64,000 nt of DNA from Candidatus Poribacteria bacterium (GCA_965208675.1 OZ242351.1:4768001-4832000), one strand, 5' to 3'; counted from the stretch's first letter, positions 28,249 through 40,212 are shown. The notes: generated from the sequence alone by a model not told the origin. A program made the numbers and translations.

Positions 28249-30513
28249 ATGATGCAATTTACGTATTTTTTGCCAGGCTGGGCAGTTGCTCTAGCGATGG
28301 CAATTGTGGCGGGCGTTACGATTTTTGCTTACTTCCGTTTACAACGATCTCTCGGCCATGGACTTAGATATATCCTAATCGGGTTAAGGGTTGCAGCCGC
28401 ATCGGTATTGTTGTTATGTTTGTTAGCGCCGGTGGTGTCTGAGAGAATAAACGTTACCCCAAAGACTAATTTCCTGATTCTGTCAGACACTTCCCAAAGC
28501 ATGAAGTTTGACGATGTGGAGTTAGACGGTCAACAAACTGACCGTTTGACCCTTGTGAATCAGCTATTATTCAATCTGTCCAGCCAACTTCTAGAGGTTC
28601 TTACGAATCAATTTGAGGTGCATCTATACCAGTTTGATACGCAAGCGCAGAAAATCGCCAACCCGCCTGCGCCGCTTGAAGCAAAAGGACGATTAACAGA
28701 TATTGCTGCCTCAATTCAGGAAGTATTCAAAGAGTGGCGTGGTCAGCGGATCGCTGGCGTAATGTTGATTACTGACGGCGCCCATAACGCATCAGCGTTT
28801 CGATACGACGGTATCGCCGATATGCAGGTGCCCCTTTACACCGTCGGCGTTGGTAATCCTAAGCCCCGCAAAGACCTGAAAATTTCAAGACTTGAAGTGA
28901 GTCCAGTCGTTTACGTGGGACATGATGCGCCCATCCGTTTCACAGTTGAACATACAGGTTACGCGGGGAGCACGATTCGTGTTTCATTGATGCAGGACGA
29001 TCGTTTAGCCGACGCAGCCTTGATTACATTGAACGAGCGACCAACTCAGGAAATCGAATTCACTTTGGATCCCCAAAAAGAGGGTGTTTTTCAATATTCC
29101 ATTACAGTGCCGACTCTTCCCGATGAACTCACGCACATGAATAACGAGACGATCTTTTCCTTAAAAGTTGTCAAAACGAAGTTTCGTGTATTGTACGTTG
29201 ATGGGCGGCCTCGTTGGGAATATACATTTCTCAAACGCATATTGGAACGGGATGCTAACATTGAATCAACCTGTATGATAATATCGAATCGCACAAACCG
29301 CCAACTTCGCGGAACGCTGCTGGAACACACCAACCAGCACTACCCGCAAACAACCGCTTTGGACCGACTGCCGTATTTTCCGGATACGATTGCCAAATTA
29401 CTAACGTACGATGTGCTAATAATAGGGGATTTGCGATCAGCTACGTTGAATAAATCACAGCACGACGCAATTGTCGATTTCGTCGAAAATCACGGTAAGG
29501 CGGTTATCTTTCTCGGTGGACGAAACTCGCTTGGCGCCAAGGGCTTGAGGGAAACTGCTTTGGAACGCTTGCTGCCGATTGTAATGCCAGCGAACGGGTG
29601 TGCTGTTCGCGATGAGGACTTCAGTCTGGAACTAACCCAACAAGGAATCTACCATCCAATTATGCGCGTGGGAGAATCGCGAGCAAAAGTTGAAGCCATT
29701 TGGAGGGACATGCCGACGCTGCCACGATGGTTCGGTAACTTCCGTCTCAGGGGTGGGGCAACCACCCTTGCGGTTCACGGGCAATCTCGGGACGAAAATG
29801 CAATGCCAATCGTCGTTTTTCAGAGATCCGGTTTAGGTAAAAGCCTCCTTATTGCAGCTGAGGGGCTGTGGAATTGGGGATTCGGGGTGTGGGGGTTCAA
29901 GGAGGAAGATGACACCTATCCTCGTTTTTGGGGAGGGGCTGTTCGCTGGATGGCATCACAACCGTATGGAAAACCCATTAATCTAACGACTGATTTGACA
30001 ACCTATCTGGTTGGAGACACGGTTCAAATTACCGTTTACGCTTATGATGAGAGCTATCGTCCTCTGGCGAATGCGGCGTTCAATATTGACGTCATTCCTC
30101 CGGACGGGCATTCGTTCCAAGTTAGTGATGCTACGAGTTCACAAATTGCGGGTGTCTACACAGCTCAGTTTGAGGTCAATCAGAAGGGAAATTATCAGAT
30201 TCGCGCCCTGGGTGTCAAAGACTATTCTTCATTAGGCGAGGATTCGACAGAAATTTTCGTTCAGCCTCCACTTGCGGAGTTTGAAAATCCACATCTTAAT
30301 GAGCCGCTGCTACAACAATTAGCTGAAAAGACGGGCGGATTTTACACTCGGATTGGTGATGTGGAATCTCTGCCCAAAAAGATTAAAGATATTGAAGAGC
30401 GAGTTTTTACTAACCAAGAACGAGATTTGTGGAACACGCCTATCATTTTGATTCTTGCGGTGGGTTTGCTGGGAGCAGAATGGTTTCTGCGAAAGCGAAG
30501 AGGCCTTGTGTAA
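28249..30513 (+). CDS. Membrane-anchored vWA + Ig-like + GATase-like domain protein
   Basis: Two N-terminal TMs; MIDAS DTSQSM, TDIA, LITDGAHN; VLYVDGRPRWEY; C-terminal TM ending EWFLRKRRGL. Confidence 0.85.
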   Translation: MMQFTYFLPGWAVALAMAIVAGVTIFAYFRLQRSLGHGLRYILIGLRVAAASVLLLCLLAPVVSERINVTPKTNFLILSDTSQSMKFDDVELDGQQTDRLTLVNQLLFNLSSQLLEVLTNQFEVHLYQFDTQAQKIANPPAPLEAKGRLTDIAASIQEVFKEWRGQRIAGVMLITDGAHNASAFRYDGIADMQVPLYTVGVGNPKPRKDLKISRLEVSPVVYVGHDAPIRFTVEHTGYAGSTIRVSLMQDDRLADAALITLNERPTQEIEFTLDPQKEGVFQYSITVPTLPDELTHMNNETIFSLKVVKTKFRVLYVDGRPRWEYTFLKRILERDANIESTCMIISNRTNRQLRGTLLEHTNQHYPQTTALDRLPYFPDTIAKLLTYDVLIIGDLRSATLNKSQHDAIVDFVENHGKAVIFLGGRNSLGAKGLRETALERLLPIVMPANGCAVRDEDFSLELTQQGIYHPIMRVGESRAKVEAIWRDMPTLPRWFGNFRLRGGATTLAVHGQSRDENAMPIVVFQRSGLGKSLLIAAEGLWNWGFGVWGFKEEDDTYPRFWGGAVRWMASQPYGKPINLTTDLTTYLVGDTVQITVYAYDESYRPLANAAFNIDVIPPDGHSFQVSDATSSQIAGVYTAQFEVNQKGNYQIRALGVKDYSSLGEDSTEIFVQPPLAEFENPHLNEPLLQQLAEKTGGFYTRIGDVESLPKKIKDIEERVFTNQERDLWNTPIILILAVGLLGAEWFLRKRRGLV

Positions 30514-30658
30514 AAGCAATGAGAAGTTTTCTGAATGCAGTAAAATTGTAGTTAGCTGAAAACATCTAGCCAGTCGGCGCATTTGTACCTCACGGGAATA
30601 ATGCCGGTTAAGCTGAGGTACACATGATTGACGGCCGCAATACTGATGTTGCCGTGAC

Positions 30659-31336
30659 ATGATTAAAAATCGAAAAAAGGTGTTCTTTTCATTTATCTGG
30701 GGATTAGCCGCCCTAATCGTATCCGTCCAAGCGGCGGGCGATAAATTCGTGATAGCCCAAGTTCAATACGGCGGCGGCGGAGATTGGTACGGCGATCAGA
30801 CAGTTATCGCCAACTGGCTTAAGAAGCTTCGCAGCGCCGCCAATATTGAGACTGCCGACGATCGCGTAATCACAAAGCTAACGGATCGTAACCTATATCA
30901 ATATCCGATGTTGTACATTGTCGGGCACGGTAATGTCCGCCTTACTGAGAAAGAGGTCGAGGCATTGCGTTTTTATCTAATGCGCGGTGGCTTTCTCTTC
31001 GCGAACGACGACTATGGGCTTGATAAGAGTTTTCGACGTGAAATGAGTCGTGTGTTCCCGAATCAAGAACTTCAGCCAATACATAATTCACATCTAATCT
31101 ATCACTGTTTTTATGATTTTCCGCATGGCCTGCCGAAAATTCATGAGCATGATGCTGAACCGGCGCAAGGCTTTGGGCTGTTTCACGAGGGGCGGATGGT
31201 GGTTTATTACGCCTATAGCTCAGACATTGGGGATGGGTTGGAAGATTCGGAAGTGCATCCCGATGACTCTAATGAAGTTCGTCAACTCGCCGCGAATATG
31301 GCGGTTAATATCGCAGTTTATGCGCTAACACATTAA
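30659..31336 (+). CDS. DUF4159 domain protein (secreted)
   Basis: Signal peptide; YGGGGDWY, YPMLYIVGHG, GGFLFANDDYG, GLPKIHEHD, DIGDGLED, NIAVYALTH. Confidence 0.9.
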   Translation: MIKNRKKVFFSFIWGLAALIVSVQAAGDKFVIAQVQYGGGGDWYGDQTVIANWLKKLRSAANIETADDRVITKLTDRNLYQYPMLYIVGHGNVRLTEKEVEALRFYLMRGGFLFANDDYGLDKSFRREMSRVFPNQELQPIHNSHLIYHCFYDFPHGLPKIHEHDAEPAQGFGLFHEGRMVVYYAYSSDIGDGLEDSEVHPDDSNEVRQLAANMAVNIAVYALTH

Positions 31337-31426
31337 TGGCCGCTAGTGCCAGCAAAAATTATTCTAACTACGTATCGCTGACCACTAATACCGCTGGAGA
31401 TGAGGGGGAAGAACAGAGGCTATAAC

Positions 31427-34400
31427 ATGTCAAATCCAACGCCTGATGCGCGCTATAGCGTAATAAAAAACCGCCTCCGACTGCTGCGAACTCAGTGGAG
31501 ATTGTTGCTGTTTTCTCATAATTTTTTGCGATGGCTTGCCTTACTCGCACTAAGTCTTGCTGCGGTGCTCATCGCCGATTCGTTAATGCAACTACCTAGC
31601 TTTCTACGAATGGGGCTGCTGTTGCTGTGGTTAGGACTTACCGTGTGTACAGCGTTTCTTTATCTATTTCGCCCGATTTTAAAAAGGCTTAGCGATAATC
31701 GTGTAGCGGCATATGTTGATGCCAGCAACTCCGATTTTGAAAACCGTTTATCGAGTGCGGTCCAACTTGAACCAGAGTTGAAAGCTAACGATTTTGGGTA
31801 TGCCATAGGCTTCATTGAGAAACTCACCCAACAGGCGCATCAATGTATCGACCGAATCGAATCAAAGCGAGTTTTCGCGAAGGAGTTGATTGAACTCAAG
31901 AAAAACGGCGGATTAGCCGCGGGCGCATTGGTTTTATTGATTCTGGTAAACCTTATTTTCCCTGCGGCATTGCAAAATTTCGTGCAAGCATTCAATGAAC
32001 TTCCAACGTCCCCCCAAGAAGATATTGCCGTGCAAATTGATGAAATCGAGCCCGAAAATACCCTTGTTCAATCCGGAGAAAACATCTCTATCTCCGCTAA
32101 AGTGTTTGGACATTTTGACGCCCCAGTACATCTAAACTATCGTGCGGTACAGGCTATGAATCCGGCGAATCAGCGAACTGAGCACCCTGCGTCGTCTTCC
32201 GACAAATGGCGGTCGATTTTAATGGAGCAGAACCACATGGAGACTAGCTATCACGTTGAATTGAAAAATGTTACGCAGTCAATGGATTATTATATCAGGG
32301 TGAATGAAGCCGAGTCAGCACACTACCGTATTACTGTTGCGCACCGTCCAATCGTTAGGCATTTCCAGCTTAAACTTAGCTTTCCCAGATACACCCAGCT
32401 CTCTCAGCACGTCTTGGAAGAGAATATCGGCGACATCAGTGCGCTAATTGGCACCGGGGTACAGTTCGATGGCGAAAGCAATAAGCCCCTTGCTTCAGCT
32501 ACGCTAATCTTTGAAGAATCACCGGCTGTCAAGCTCAAAGTTTTAGACGATAACCAACTAGTCGGGAAATTTATTGTTCAACGCAGCGAAAAATACCATG
32601 TTGAACTGATCGACGCCGATGGCATTTCGAATTCACAGCCGATTGTCTATACGATTCACACCATTAAGGATGCCGAACCGAAAATTGAAATTGTTGAGCC
32701 TGGGAAAGATGTTACGCTTGATGAATCTATGACTGTAAACCTCCAGATCGATGTTGAGGATGACTATGGTGTACAAGAGATTCGGTTGGTTTATCGAGTT
32801 GAAGGGCACAATGAAGGCGATAAGATTGTCTCGCTTAACGCATTCAATCCACCCCAAACTACCGCCTACACCGCGTTTGGTTGGGATATTGATTCAATAG
32901 GGCTATTTCCGGAAGACATTGTTACATATCATGCGGAAGCAATTGACTCAGATAATGTTACTGGACCAAACGTAGGCAAATCTATCACCTACTCAATCCG
33001 TTTTCCATCTGTGGCAGAACTATATGAAGCAATTGAGGCTGAGCAGGAATTAGAGCAACACGGGGTGGAAGCCTTATTTAGGAGGCAAGCTGAAGTGAAA
33101 GCAACAATTGATGACCTGCTAAGCAAAATTCGCAAGAGTCAGCAGTTTACGCTCAAAGACGAAAAGTTAGTAAAACAGGTGCTTGAAACGCAGAAACAAA
33201 TTGAGCAAACCTCAAAGAATATTATCGAAGATATGAAGCAAACTGCCGAGCGGATGGAGAGGAATCAGTTGTTTGATTTGCAGACTATCCAGAAGTATCA
33301 GGAATTGCAAGAACTGATGGAGCAGGCGCTGTCAGAAACGCATAAAGAACTTCTGCGAAAATTGTCCGAGGCGTTGCAGCAGCGGCAACTGTCCGAACAA
33401 GAAAGAAAATTGATGGAGACGAATTTCGACCAAGAACAGTTTCTTCAGCAGTTGGATCGATTGAAAGAGCTCTATCAACAGTTAATTCTTGAACAAAAAT
33501 TGGAAGCGGCGGCTACGCAGGCTATAGATCTCGCTAAACGTCAGGAACGCTTGATGGACACGGTAAAGAATCTGATTAGTCAGGCCGAGCAATTAAATGA
33601 GGGGAAAGAAAAGGGACGAGAGAATCTTGCCGAACAAGAAAACCGAATTATGGAAGGCCTAGCGTCACTCCACGAAAAGCTTGATGAACTAGTGGAAAAA
33701 ATGTCGACACGAGTAAATCTGCAACGTGTCGCTGATGAAATAAAGCGGTTAAACCAGGCCGCACGAGAACGGGAAATCGCTCAAAAACTGCAATCCGCAG
33801 GTTCAGCAATTCAGCGGTCTCGCATGCATGCTGCAATCGTACCAGGTCAGCAGGCGCAGGAAGGACTGAATGACCTGGCACAAGGATTAGCAAACGCGAT
33901 GGAATTCATGGGGGCGAACGCTGATGAAGCTTTAGCGGCAATGCGAGAAGCCGTACGCGATGGCCTATTTCTCTCCCATCTGCAAGAAGGAGTAATTGAT
34001 GGGACTGAAGCACTCTTGAATTCGGGGCATGGACGTTATATCGAAAGTGAAATTAAACGGTTACAGCGATTGTCAGCGAGTGAATTGAGCATTTCATCGG
34101 GTATCGAGAATCTTGCCAGCGGACTTTGGGATTTAGGCAAGGAACAGATGCAAATCGATCTGAAAATCGTATTGAGGCTGCGCGCTGCAAGCGATGCCTT
34201 TGAGAGATCGGCGCGCGCTTTAGAAGATCGAAAACCAAGTCTGGCAATGCCTATACAAAAGCAGGGATTGGCTGATCTCAATAAAGCAATTTTTGATATC
34301 ATCAAGGCAATGAACCAAATGAACCAAATGAACCAACAGATGGGTATGGGCGGATTGCAGAGTATGCTGGAACAGCTCCAGGAAATGGCACAGAATCAAC

Positions 34401-34918
34401 AAAATCTGAATGAAATGGCTGAAAACCTACATGAACAGATGCGGCAGCAAGGACGGACACCGGAGATGAAACAGTTGCTCGATCGTTTGGCTTATGAGCA
34501 GGAGATGATACGTGAAGCGACCGAACGGCTAGCAGAAATGATGGGAATGATGCCACAAGTACTCGGCGATCTGAATAGTGTGTCCGCGGAAATGAAAGAA
34601 GTAGAAGCAGAACTCCAACAAGGCAACCTGAATCAACGCGTGTTAGAAAAGCAGCGACGGATTCTAACCCGAATGCTCGAAAGTTCAAAATCGTTACAGA
34701 AACGAGAAGTTAACAAAAGGCGCAAAGGTAAGGTCGCTAAAAATCCGGTGGATTCCACAATAGATGCACCTGCACTCGATTCCAAATTGCTAGAGACTGT
34801 CCGCCAGCTTGAGTCTGACCTAAAATCTGGCGGAAGAGACGGGTTTCCTCTTCAGTACCGCGGGTTGATTGAACGGTATTTTAAGGCATTATCTCGGGAA
34901 ACACAGAGAGGATTGTAG
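31427..34918 (+). CDS. DUF4175-like membrane protein (TM - Ig-like - long Q/E/M-rich coiled coil)
   Basis: N-terminal TMs, ENRLSSAVQL, DDYGV, AIDSDNVTGP, long coiled coil, C-terminal PLQYRGLIERYFKAL. Confidence 0.85.
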   Translation: MSNPTPDARYSVIKNRLRLLRTQWRLLLFSHNFLRWLALLALSLAAVLIADSLMQLPSFLRMGLLLLWLGLTVCTAFLYLFRPILKRLSDNRVAAYVDASNSDFENRLSSAVQLEPELKANDFGYAIGFIEKLTQQAHQCIDRIESKRVFAKELIELKKNGGLAAGALVLLILVNLIFPAALQNFVQAFNELPTSPQEDIAVQIDEIEPENTLVQSGENISISAKVFGHFDAPVHLNYRAVQAMNPANQRTEHPASSSDKWRSILMEQNHMETSYHVELKNVTQSMDYYIRVNEAESAHYRITVAHRPIVRHFQLKLSFPRYTQLSQHVLEENIGDISALIGTGVQFDGESNKPLASATLIFEESPAVKLKVLDDNQLVGKFIVQRSEKYHVELIDADGISNSQPIVYTIHTIKDAEPKIEIVEPGKDVTLDESMTVNLQIDVEDDYGVQEIRLVYRVEGHNEGDKIVSLNAFNPPQTTAYTAFGWDIDSIGLFPEDIVTYHAEAIDSDNVTGPNVGKSITYSIRFPSVAELYEAIEAEQELEQHGVEALFRRQAEVKATIDDLLSKIRKSQQFTLKDEKLVKQVLETQKQIEQTSKNIIEDMKQTAERMERNQLFDLQTIQKYQELQELMEQALSETHKELLRKLSEALQQRQLSEQERKLMETNFDQEQFLQQLDRLKELYQQLILEQKLEAAATQAIDLAKRQERLMDTVKNLISQAEQLNEGKEKGRENLAEQENRIMEGLASLHEKLDELVEKMSTRVNLQRVADEIKRLNQAAREREIAQKLQSAGSAIQRSRMHAAIVPGQQAQEGLNDLAQGLANAMEFMGANADEALAAMREAVRDGLFLSHLQEGVIDGTEALLNSGHGRYIESEIKRLQRLSASELSISSGIENLASGLWDLGKEQMQIDLKIVLRLRAASDAFERSARALEDRKPSLAMPIQKQGLADLNKAIFDIIKAMNQMNQMNQQMGMGGLQSMLEQLQEMAQNQQNLNEMAENLHEQMRQQGRTPEMKQLLDRLAYEQEMIREATERLAEMMGMMPQVLGDLNSVSAEMKEVEAELQQGNLNQRVLEKQRRILTRMLESSKSLQKREVNKRRKGKVAKNPVDSTIDAPALDSKLLETVRQLESDLKSGGRDGFPLQYRGLIERYFKALSRETQRGL

Positions 34919-35217
34919 AAATTGGCGGCATAACTAGGATGGAAGCACGGAGTTTTTATTTAAGTTAAAGACGTGAAATTCCAAGTTCGCCGGACGTTTT
35001 AACCCGTATTCGTTTAATGCGAATCAAAACACCAAATCTCCGTGCTTAGGAAATCGAAAAATCTTGAATTATTGATAGCGCCAAAATTTCGGGGATTGCG
35101 TTGGAGAGGGAAGAGAATCAGTTACGCACGGCTTTTAAGAAATCATGGAAGGAAATGAGTAGGTTGGACATTTGACAAGTGGGTAGGTATTGGGAGACAC
35201 TAGCCTTGCTTGTCTCC

Positions 35218-35574
35218 TTACTCATCAACTAAACTAATGTAAGCCATCTGAGCATCATCACCGCCTCGTACCTCCCCGCGAATGATGCGAGTATACCCGC
35301 CATTTCGGTTCTCATAACGAGGACCAATCTCATCGAACAACTTCTGCAAAATGAAATGATCGTGAATGATTCGAGCAGCTTGCCGGCGTGCGTGCAGGTC
35401 ACCTCGTTTGGCTAACGTAATCAGTTTTTCTGCAATTCGCCTGAGTTCCTTACACTTGGGTAGCGTGGTCCGAATCTGCTCATGTTCAAGCAGCGCGGTT
35501 GCTTGGTTACTGAATAAAGCCTTACGATGGCTACTTGTTCTCCCCAGTTTCCGTCCGCTCTTTCTATGACGCAT
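35218..35574 (-). CDS. rplQ: 50S ribosomal protein L17
   Basis: [19 protein letters not shown]...GGYTRI. Confidence 0.98.
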   Translation of the reverse strand: MRHRKSGRKLGRTSSHRKALFSNQATALLEHEQIRTTLPKCKELRRIAEKLITLAKRGDLHARRQAARIIHDHFILQKLFDEIGPRYENRNGGYTRIIRGEVRGGDDAQMAYISLVDE

Positions 35575-35576
35575 AA

Positions 35577-36557
35577 TTATTCATCCTTCTCTTCGTTTGC
35601 ATCATCCAGGATCATTCCTAAGGAGAGTCCCATACCCGCAAGAATATCTTTAATCTCATTTAAAGATTTCCTGCCAAAATTGCGGAATTTGAGCATTTCT
35701 TGCTCGGTTTTTTGCACCAAGTCTCTTATGGTTACAATCTTGGCAGCCTCCAAACAATTCGCCGATCGCACTGACAGTTCTAGCTCTGCGACGGGTTTGG
35801 ATAAAAATTTATCGCGTTGAACCTTTTCTTCATCAATTACAACTTCTGGTTCAACATAAGTTTCATCAAAATCGCTAAACAGCCGTAGCTGATCAAGCAA
35901 AATTTCCGCTGCCCGCGTCACCGCCTCTTTTGCGGTGAGGCTCGCATCTGTCCATACCTCCAAGATGAGACGATCAAAATTTGTCATGTGTCCAACTCGT
36001 GTTTCTTCAACATGAAAATTCGCTTTCTTGACGGGGGAGAATTGGGCGTCAAGCGGGATTACGCCAATTGGTTGTTCAGGACTCAAATGTTCTTCAGAAA
36101 GTGCATAACCACGCCCTTTACACACTTGCATTTCCATATTCAAACCGTTACACTTATCAAGCGTTGCAATGTGTTGATCCGGGTTGATAATATCAATCTG
36201 ACTATTTGGTTGAATATCCGCTGCAGTAACCTCAGATGAGCCTTCTGCAAACAATCGCAATGAAACAATTTCATCGGTATAGACATGGAATCTTATTTCT
36301 TTGAGGTTAAGAAGAATCTGAACGATATCTTCACGCACTCCTTCAATTGTCGAATATTCATGCCTTACATTTTCAATAGCAACAGTAATAATTGCTGCGC
36401 CTTCAATCGATGACAACAAAACCCGTCTCAGAGCATTACCAAGTGTAATCCCAAATCCTCTAGCGAGTGGTTCAGCAATGAATTTCCCATAATCAGCCCT
36501 TAAAGTGTCCAAATCTGCGACAAGACGCTGCGGCTTAGTAATTTCCCAACCCGTCAT
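35577..36557 (-). CDS. rpoA: RNA polymerase alpha subunit
   Basis: [44 protein letters not shown]. Confidence 0.98.
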   Translation of the reverse strand: MTGWEITKPQRLVADLDTLRADYGKFIAEPLARGFGITLGNALRRVLLSSIEGAAIITVAIENVRHEYSTIEGVREDIVQILLNLKEIRFHVYTDEIVSLRLFAEGSSEVTAADIQPNSQIDIINPDQHIATLDKCNGLNMEMQVCKGRGYALSEEHLSPEQPIGVIPLDAQFSPVKKANFHVEETRVGHMTNFDRLILEVWTDASLTAKEAVTRAAEILLDQLRLFSDFDETYVEPEVVIDEEKVQRDKFLSKPVAELELSVRSANCLEAAKIVTIRDLVQKTEQEMLKFRNFGRKSLNEIKDILAGMGLSLGMILDDANEEKDE

Positions 36558-36578
36558 CAATTTAATCTCCCTGCATCA

Positions 36579-37205
36579 TTACTTGGAATAAAACTCAACA
36601 ATCAGTTGTGTTTGGAGGTTGGCAGCAACTTGATCCGCTTGGGGAAATGCCCGTACAACTCCCTCCTGTTTGTCCACATCTAGTTCTAACCAATCCGGTG
36701 TCCCTTTGTGTTGAGCAAGTTCTAAAGATTCGCTAATAATCGCTACATTGCGACTCTTTTCGCGGACCTGAATGACTCCTCCAACGGGTACGGAGTAAGA
36801 GGGTATATTCGCCCGTTTCCCGTTCACAAGGAAGTGGTTGTGCTTAACGAGTTGGCGTGCCTGCGAACGTGAACTTGCAAAACCTAGCCGAAAAACTAAA
36901 TTGTCTAACCGACGTTCCAAGAGTACAACTAGATTTTGGCCGACAATGCCTTTTTGACGTGCCGCTTTCAAATAGTATCTTCTAAATTGTTTTTCTAAGA
37001 CACCGTAAATTCGTTTAGCTTTCTGTTTTTCGCGTAATTGCCGCCCATACTCTTTTACTTTGCTTGACTTCTGACCATGCTCACCGGGCGGGTAGGCACG
37101 ACGTTCAATGGCACACTTTGGGGAATGGCAACGTGACCCTTTCAAAAAAAGTTTTTCCCCTTCTCTTCGACACAACTTACAGACCGAATCTAAATATCTG
37201 CTCAT
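36579..37205 (-). CDS. rpsD: 30S ribosomal protein S4
   Basis: [36 protein letters not shown]. Confidence 0.98.
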   Translation of the reverse strand: MSRYLDSVCKLCRREGEKLFLKGSRCHSPKCAIERRAYPPGEHGQKSSKVKEYGRQLREKQKAKRIYGVLEKQFRRYYLKAARQKGIVGQNLVVLLERRLDNLVFRLGFASSRSQARQLVKHNHFLVNGKRANIPSYSVPVGGVIQVREKSRNVAIISESLELAQHKGTPDWLELDVDKQEGVVRAFPQADQVAANLQTQLIVEFYSK

Positions 37206-37246
37206 TTTTACTCTCTAAAATTAGGTTACTGAAATCCAAATTTCAA

Positions 37247-37615
37247 TCAAACGCGGCGACGCTTAGGAGGACGGCACCCATTATGTGGAATTGGCGTGAC
37301 ATCTTTCAGCGAAGTAATTTCCAATCCGGCCGCTGACAGTGCTCGAATCGTAGATTCTCTGCCGGCGCCTGGTCCTTTTACACGAACCTCAACGCGTTTC
37401 ATACCTTGCTCCATTGCTTTTCTTGCAACAGCCTCCGCTGTCTGTTGAGCCGCAAACGGAGTAGATTTTCTGGAGCCTCGAAAGTTCATCCCAGCGCTTG
37501 CCCAAGCGACTGTATGACCGTTTGGATCTGTAATCGTAACAATCGTATTGTTGAATGTTGCCTGTATGTGGGCAATTCCTTCAGGAACGAATTTTTTTTC
37601 TTTCCTTTTTCTCAA
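37247..37615 (-). CDS. rpsK: 30S ribosomal protein S11
   Basis: [39 protein letters not shown]. Confidence 0.97.
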   Translation of the reverse strand: MRKRKEKKFVPEGIAHIQATFNNTIVTITDPNGHTVAWASAGMNFRGSRKSTPFAAQQTAEAVARKAMEQGMKRVEVRVKGPGAGRESTIRALSAAGLEITSLKDVTPIPHNGCRPPKRRRV

Positions 37616-37701
37616 ACGTAAACTCCTTATAAAAACCTTTTTGGGCTACAATATCACATTAAGAATGCCATCTATTCAAACGGGTGAGTTTCATACGGAT
37701 A

Positions 37702-38097
37702 TCAGCCACCTCTTCGCGCAGATTCTTTTGCTTTTCTGCCAACTGAAATAGTCCTTGCTCTTCCTTTGCGCGTGCGTGCATTTGTACTCGTACGTTGACC
37801 TCGAACAGGCAGTTGTCTACGATGACGTAACCCACGATAACTATTGATGTCTACCAGTCGTTTTATGTTTAGCTCAATCTCACGCCTGAGATCGCCTTCC
37901 ACCTTGTATTCCTGGCCTATGTTGTTTCTCAACCGGCTAATTTCGTCTTCAGTGAGATCTTGAGATTTTGTCTCAGGATTTATTTGCAACTCCTCCACCA
38001 TGTTTGATGCGGTACGACGACCAATTCCAAAAATGTGCGTGAGTGCAATATCTATTCTTTTGTTCCGAGGTAAATCGACACCGGCAATTCTTGCCAC
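37702..38097 (-). CDS. rpsM: 30S ribosomal protein S13
   Basis: GTG start after GGGAGG; [26 protein letters not shown]. Confidence 0.97.
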   Translation of the reverse strand: MARIAGVDLPRNKRIDIALTHIFGIGRRTASNMVEELQINPETKSQDLTEDEISRLRNNIGQEYKVEGDLRREIELNIKRLVDINSYRGLRHRRQLPVRGQRTSTNARTRKGRARTISVGRKAKESARRGG

Positions 38098-38222
38098 AGT
38101 TGCCCTCCCCAATGGATTGAAGGTTCTTGTTGCATTTGCCCTAGACTGGCACGCAATGAGATGCCAAAATCAAACTTTCCAATTGCCTTATAACTTGACC
38201 TTATTTCGCTAACCCCAAAAGA

Positions 38223-38339
38223 CTATCCTTGTCTCTGTTTGTGTTTTGGATTTGCGGGGCAAATTACCCGGACAATCCCTTTTCTCTTTATAACTATACA
38301 CTTATTACATATTTTCTTTACTGAAGCGCGAACTTTCAT
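38223..38339 (-). CDS. rpmJ: 50S ribosomal protein L36 (not in the ORF track)
   Basis: Hand translation [38 protein letters not shown]; AGAGG RBS; lies between secY and rpsM. Confidence 0.97.
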   Translation of the reverse strand: MKVRASVKKICNKCIVIKRKGIVRVICPANPKHKQRQG

Positions 38340-38416
38340 AATACTTCCTCTTCTCATTTGGACGTTCGGGTTTTGTAAGCGAGCAATGTGTGAAAAAAGG
38401 GTATTGCCTATGGTTG

Positions 38417-39751
38417 CTATCTGGACCGTCGTCCTCTCATACGTCTATCTTGCAGAAATCCCTCATAATGTCTCATGGTCAGGTAGGACTCGATTTGGGA
38501 CATTGTATCCAATACAACACCTACAACAATCAAGATTGAAGCCCCTTCTATTAATGTTCCGACACCGAGACCTGCTTGCAAAATAATAGGAATTACTGCG
38601 ATGGCGGCGAGAAAGAGTGCGCCGGGTAAAGTAATCCTGGTTAAAGTATCATTAATATACTCCGCTGTCCGTTTACCGGGACGAATCCCCGGAATGAATC
38701 CGCCGTATTTTTTCAAATCATCAGCCATCTGAACCGGGTTAATCTGGACAGCAGTGTAGAAAAACGTGAAACCAACAATGAGAAGCGCATAAGTTATCAT
38801 ATATAAGGGAGTTCCCGAACTGAAAATTCCCCGTGCGCCATCGACCCAACCCCAGGTTTGCGGCAAGAAACCCAAAGCTGTGGAAGGAAATTGGATTAGC
38901 GTCACCGCGAAAATGATGGGAATCATACCTGCAGCGTTTACACGAAGGGGCAGATGGGTAGTTTGACCGCCGAATACCTTGCGCCCAACTACTCGCCGCG
39001 CATACTGAACGGGAATCTTACGAACGGCCAATTGAATATAGACCGTTCCCATGATGGCTATTACAGCCAGTACCAAAAATAAAGCAAGTTGAGGAAGTCC
39101 AAATTTTGGATCGCTAAACAGACGACCAAAAAGTGTACTAGCGCCGCCCGGCATGCCTGCAAGGATTCCAATGGTAATGATCAACGAAATGCCTTGCCCA
39201 ATTCCCCGCTCTGTAATCTGCTCGCCAAGCCACATCACAAACGAGGTACCTGCCATCAGAGTGATGACGGTGACGAAATGGAACATCCAACCCGGATTCG
39301 TTACGATTGTCCTATCCAGACCAACAATTGCACCGGGGTTGAGCAAAATGAAACTTATTGTGATTCCTTGAACAACGCTAAGAATGACGGTTCCGTAGCG
39401 CGTATATTGCGTAATTTTTTTGCGTCCATCAGGTTCTTTTGATAGTTTTTCAAGTGAGGGAATAACAACGGTGAGAAGCTGCATGATGATCATGGCGCTG
39501 ATGTAAGGCTGAATACCAAGCGCAAATATGGTCATCTGGGCGAACGCACCTCCGGAAAACAGATCTACTAGCCCAATCATTCCGCCCGTGCGTTCCTTTA
39601 ACGCCTCAAAGAATTCTTTCAACGCCGCATCATCAATCCCCGGCAAGGTAATGTGAGCGCCCAATCGATATACAATTAACAACATCGCCGTGAAGAACAG
39701 CCGTTTGCGTAATTCCGGAATTTTCAAAGCATTTTGAAAAGCCTTAATCAT
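38417..39751 (-). CDS. secY: Preprotein translocase subunit SecY
   Basis: [43 protein letters not shown]. Confidence 0.98.
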   Translation of the reverse strand: MIKAFQNALKIPELRKRLFFTAMLLIVYRLGAHITLPGIDDAALKEFFEALKERTGGMIGLVDLFSGGAFAQMTIFALGIQPYISAMIIMQLLTVVIPSLEKLSKEPDGRKKITQYTRYGTVILSVVQGITISFILLNPGAIVGLDRTIVTNPGWMFHFVTVITLMAGTSFVMWLGEQITERGIGQGISLIITIGILAGMPGGASTLFGRLFSDPKFGLPQLALFLVLAVIAIMGTVYIQLAVRKIPVQYARRVVGRKVFGGQTTHLPLRVNAAGMIPIIFAVTLIQFPSTALGFLPQTWGWVDGARGIFSSGTPLYMITYALLIVGFTFFYTAVQINPVQMADDLKKYGGFIPGIRPGKRTAEYINDTLTRITLPGALFLAAIAVIPIILQAGLGVGTLIEGASILIVVGVVLDTMSQIESYLTMRHYEGFLQDRRMRGRRSR

Positions 39752-40200
39752 TATTGCATTACCTCAATTTTACCGCCTGCGGATTCTATTTTCTCAATGG
39801 CAGACTTTGAAAATTTATGGCTCTGTACAGTTAATTGCTTTTCAAGATTTCCGGATCCTAGGATTTTTACTCTGGCATTCCCGCCGTGAATAATTCTGGC
39901 TTCTCGCAGAACCTCTAGCGTAATTGTCCTCCCATTTTCAAAACGATTTAGCGTTTCTACATTAACGACGTCATACGTAATGTGTTTATGCCCCACTTTA
40001 CTAGGACCACGCTTGGGAAGCCGCCTAACGAAGGGCATTTGCCCCCCTTCGAACCAGTCCGGGATAGACCCGCCGGACCTCGACTTTTGCCCTTTGTGCC
40101 CTCTACCACAGGTTTTTCCCCAACCTGAAGCGTTTCCGCGCCCAACCCGTTTTCTTGGACGTTTTGAGTTCTTAGCTGGTTTGAGAGTGTTCAAATTCAT
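39751..40200 (-). CDS. rplO: 50S ribosomal protein L15
   Basis: RVGRG, GRGHKGQKSRSG, FEGGQMP. Confidence 0.98.
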   Translation of the reverse strand: MNLNTLKPAKNSKRPRKRVGRGNASGWGKTCGRGHKGQKSRSGGSIPDWFEGGQMPFVRRLPKRGPSKVGHKHITYDVVNVETLNRFENGRTITLEVLREARIIHGGNARVKILGSGNLEKQLTVQSHKFSKSAIEKIESAGGKIEVMQ

Positions 40201-40212
40201 TGGAATTTTGTC

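Noticed and set aside
34310-34336. ATGAACCAA x3 tandem repeat as a phase-variation tract
   Set aside because: 9-nt unit keeps the frame (MNQMNQMNQ) within a low-complexity coiled coil.
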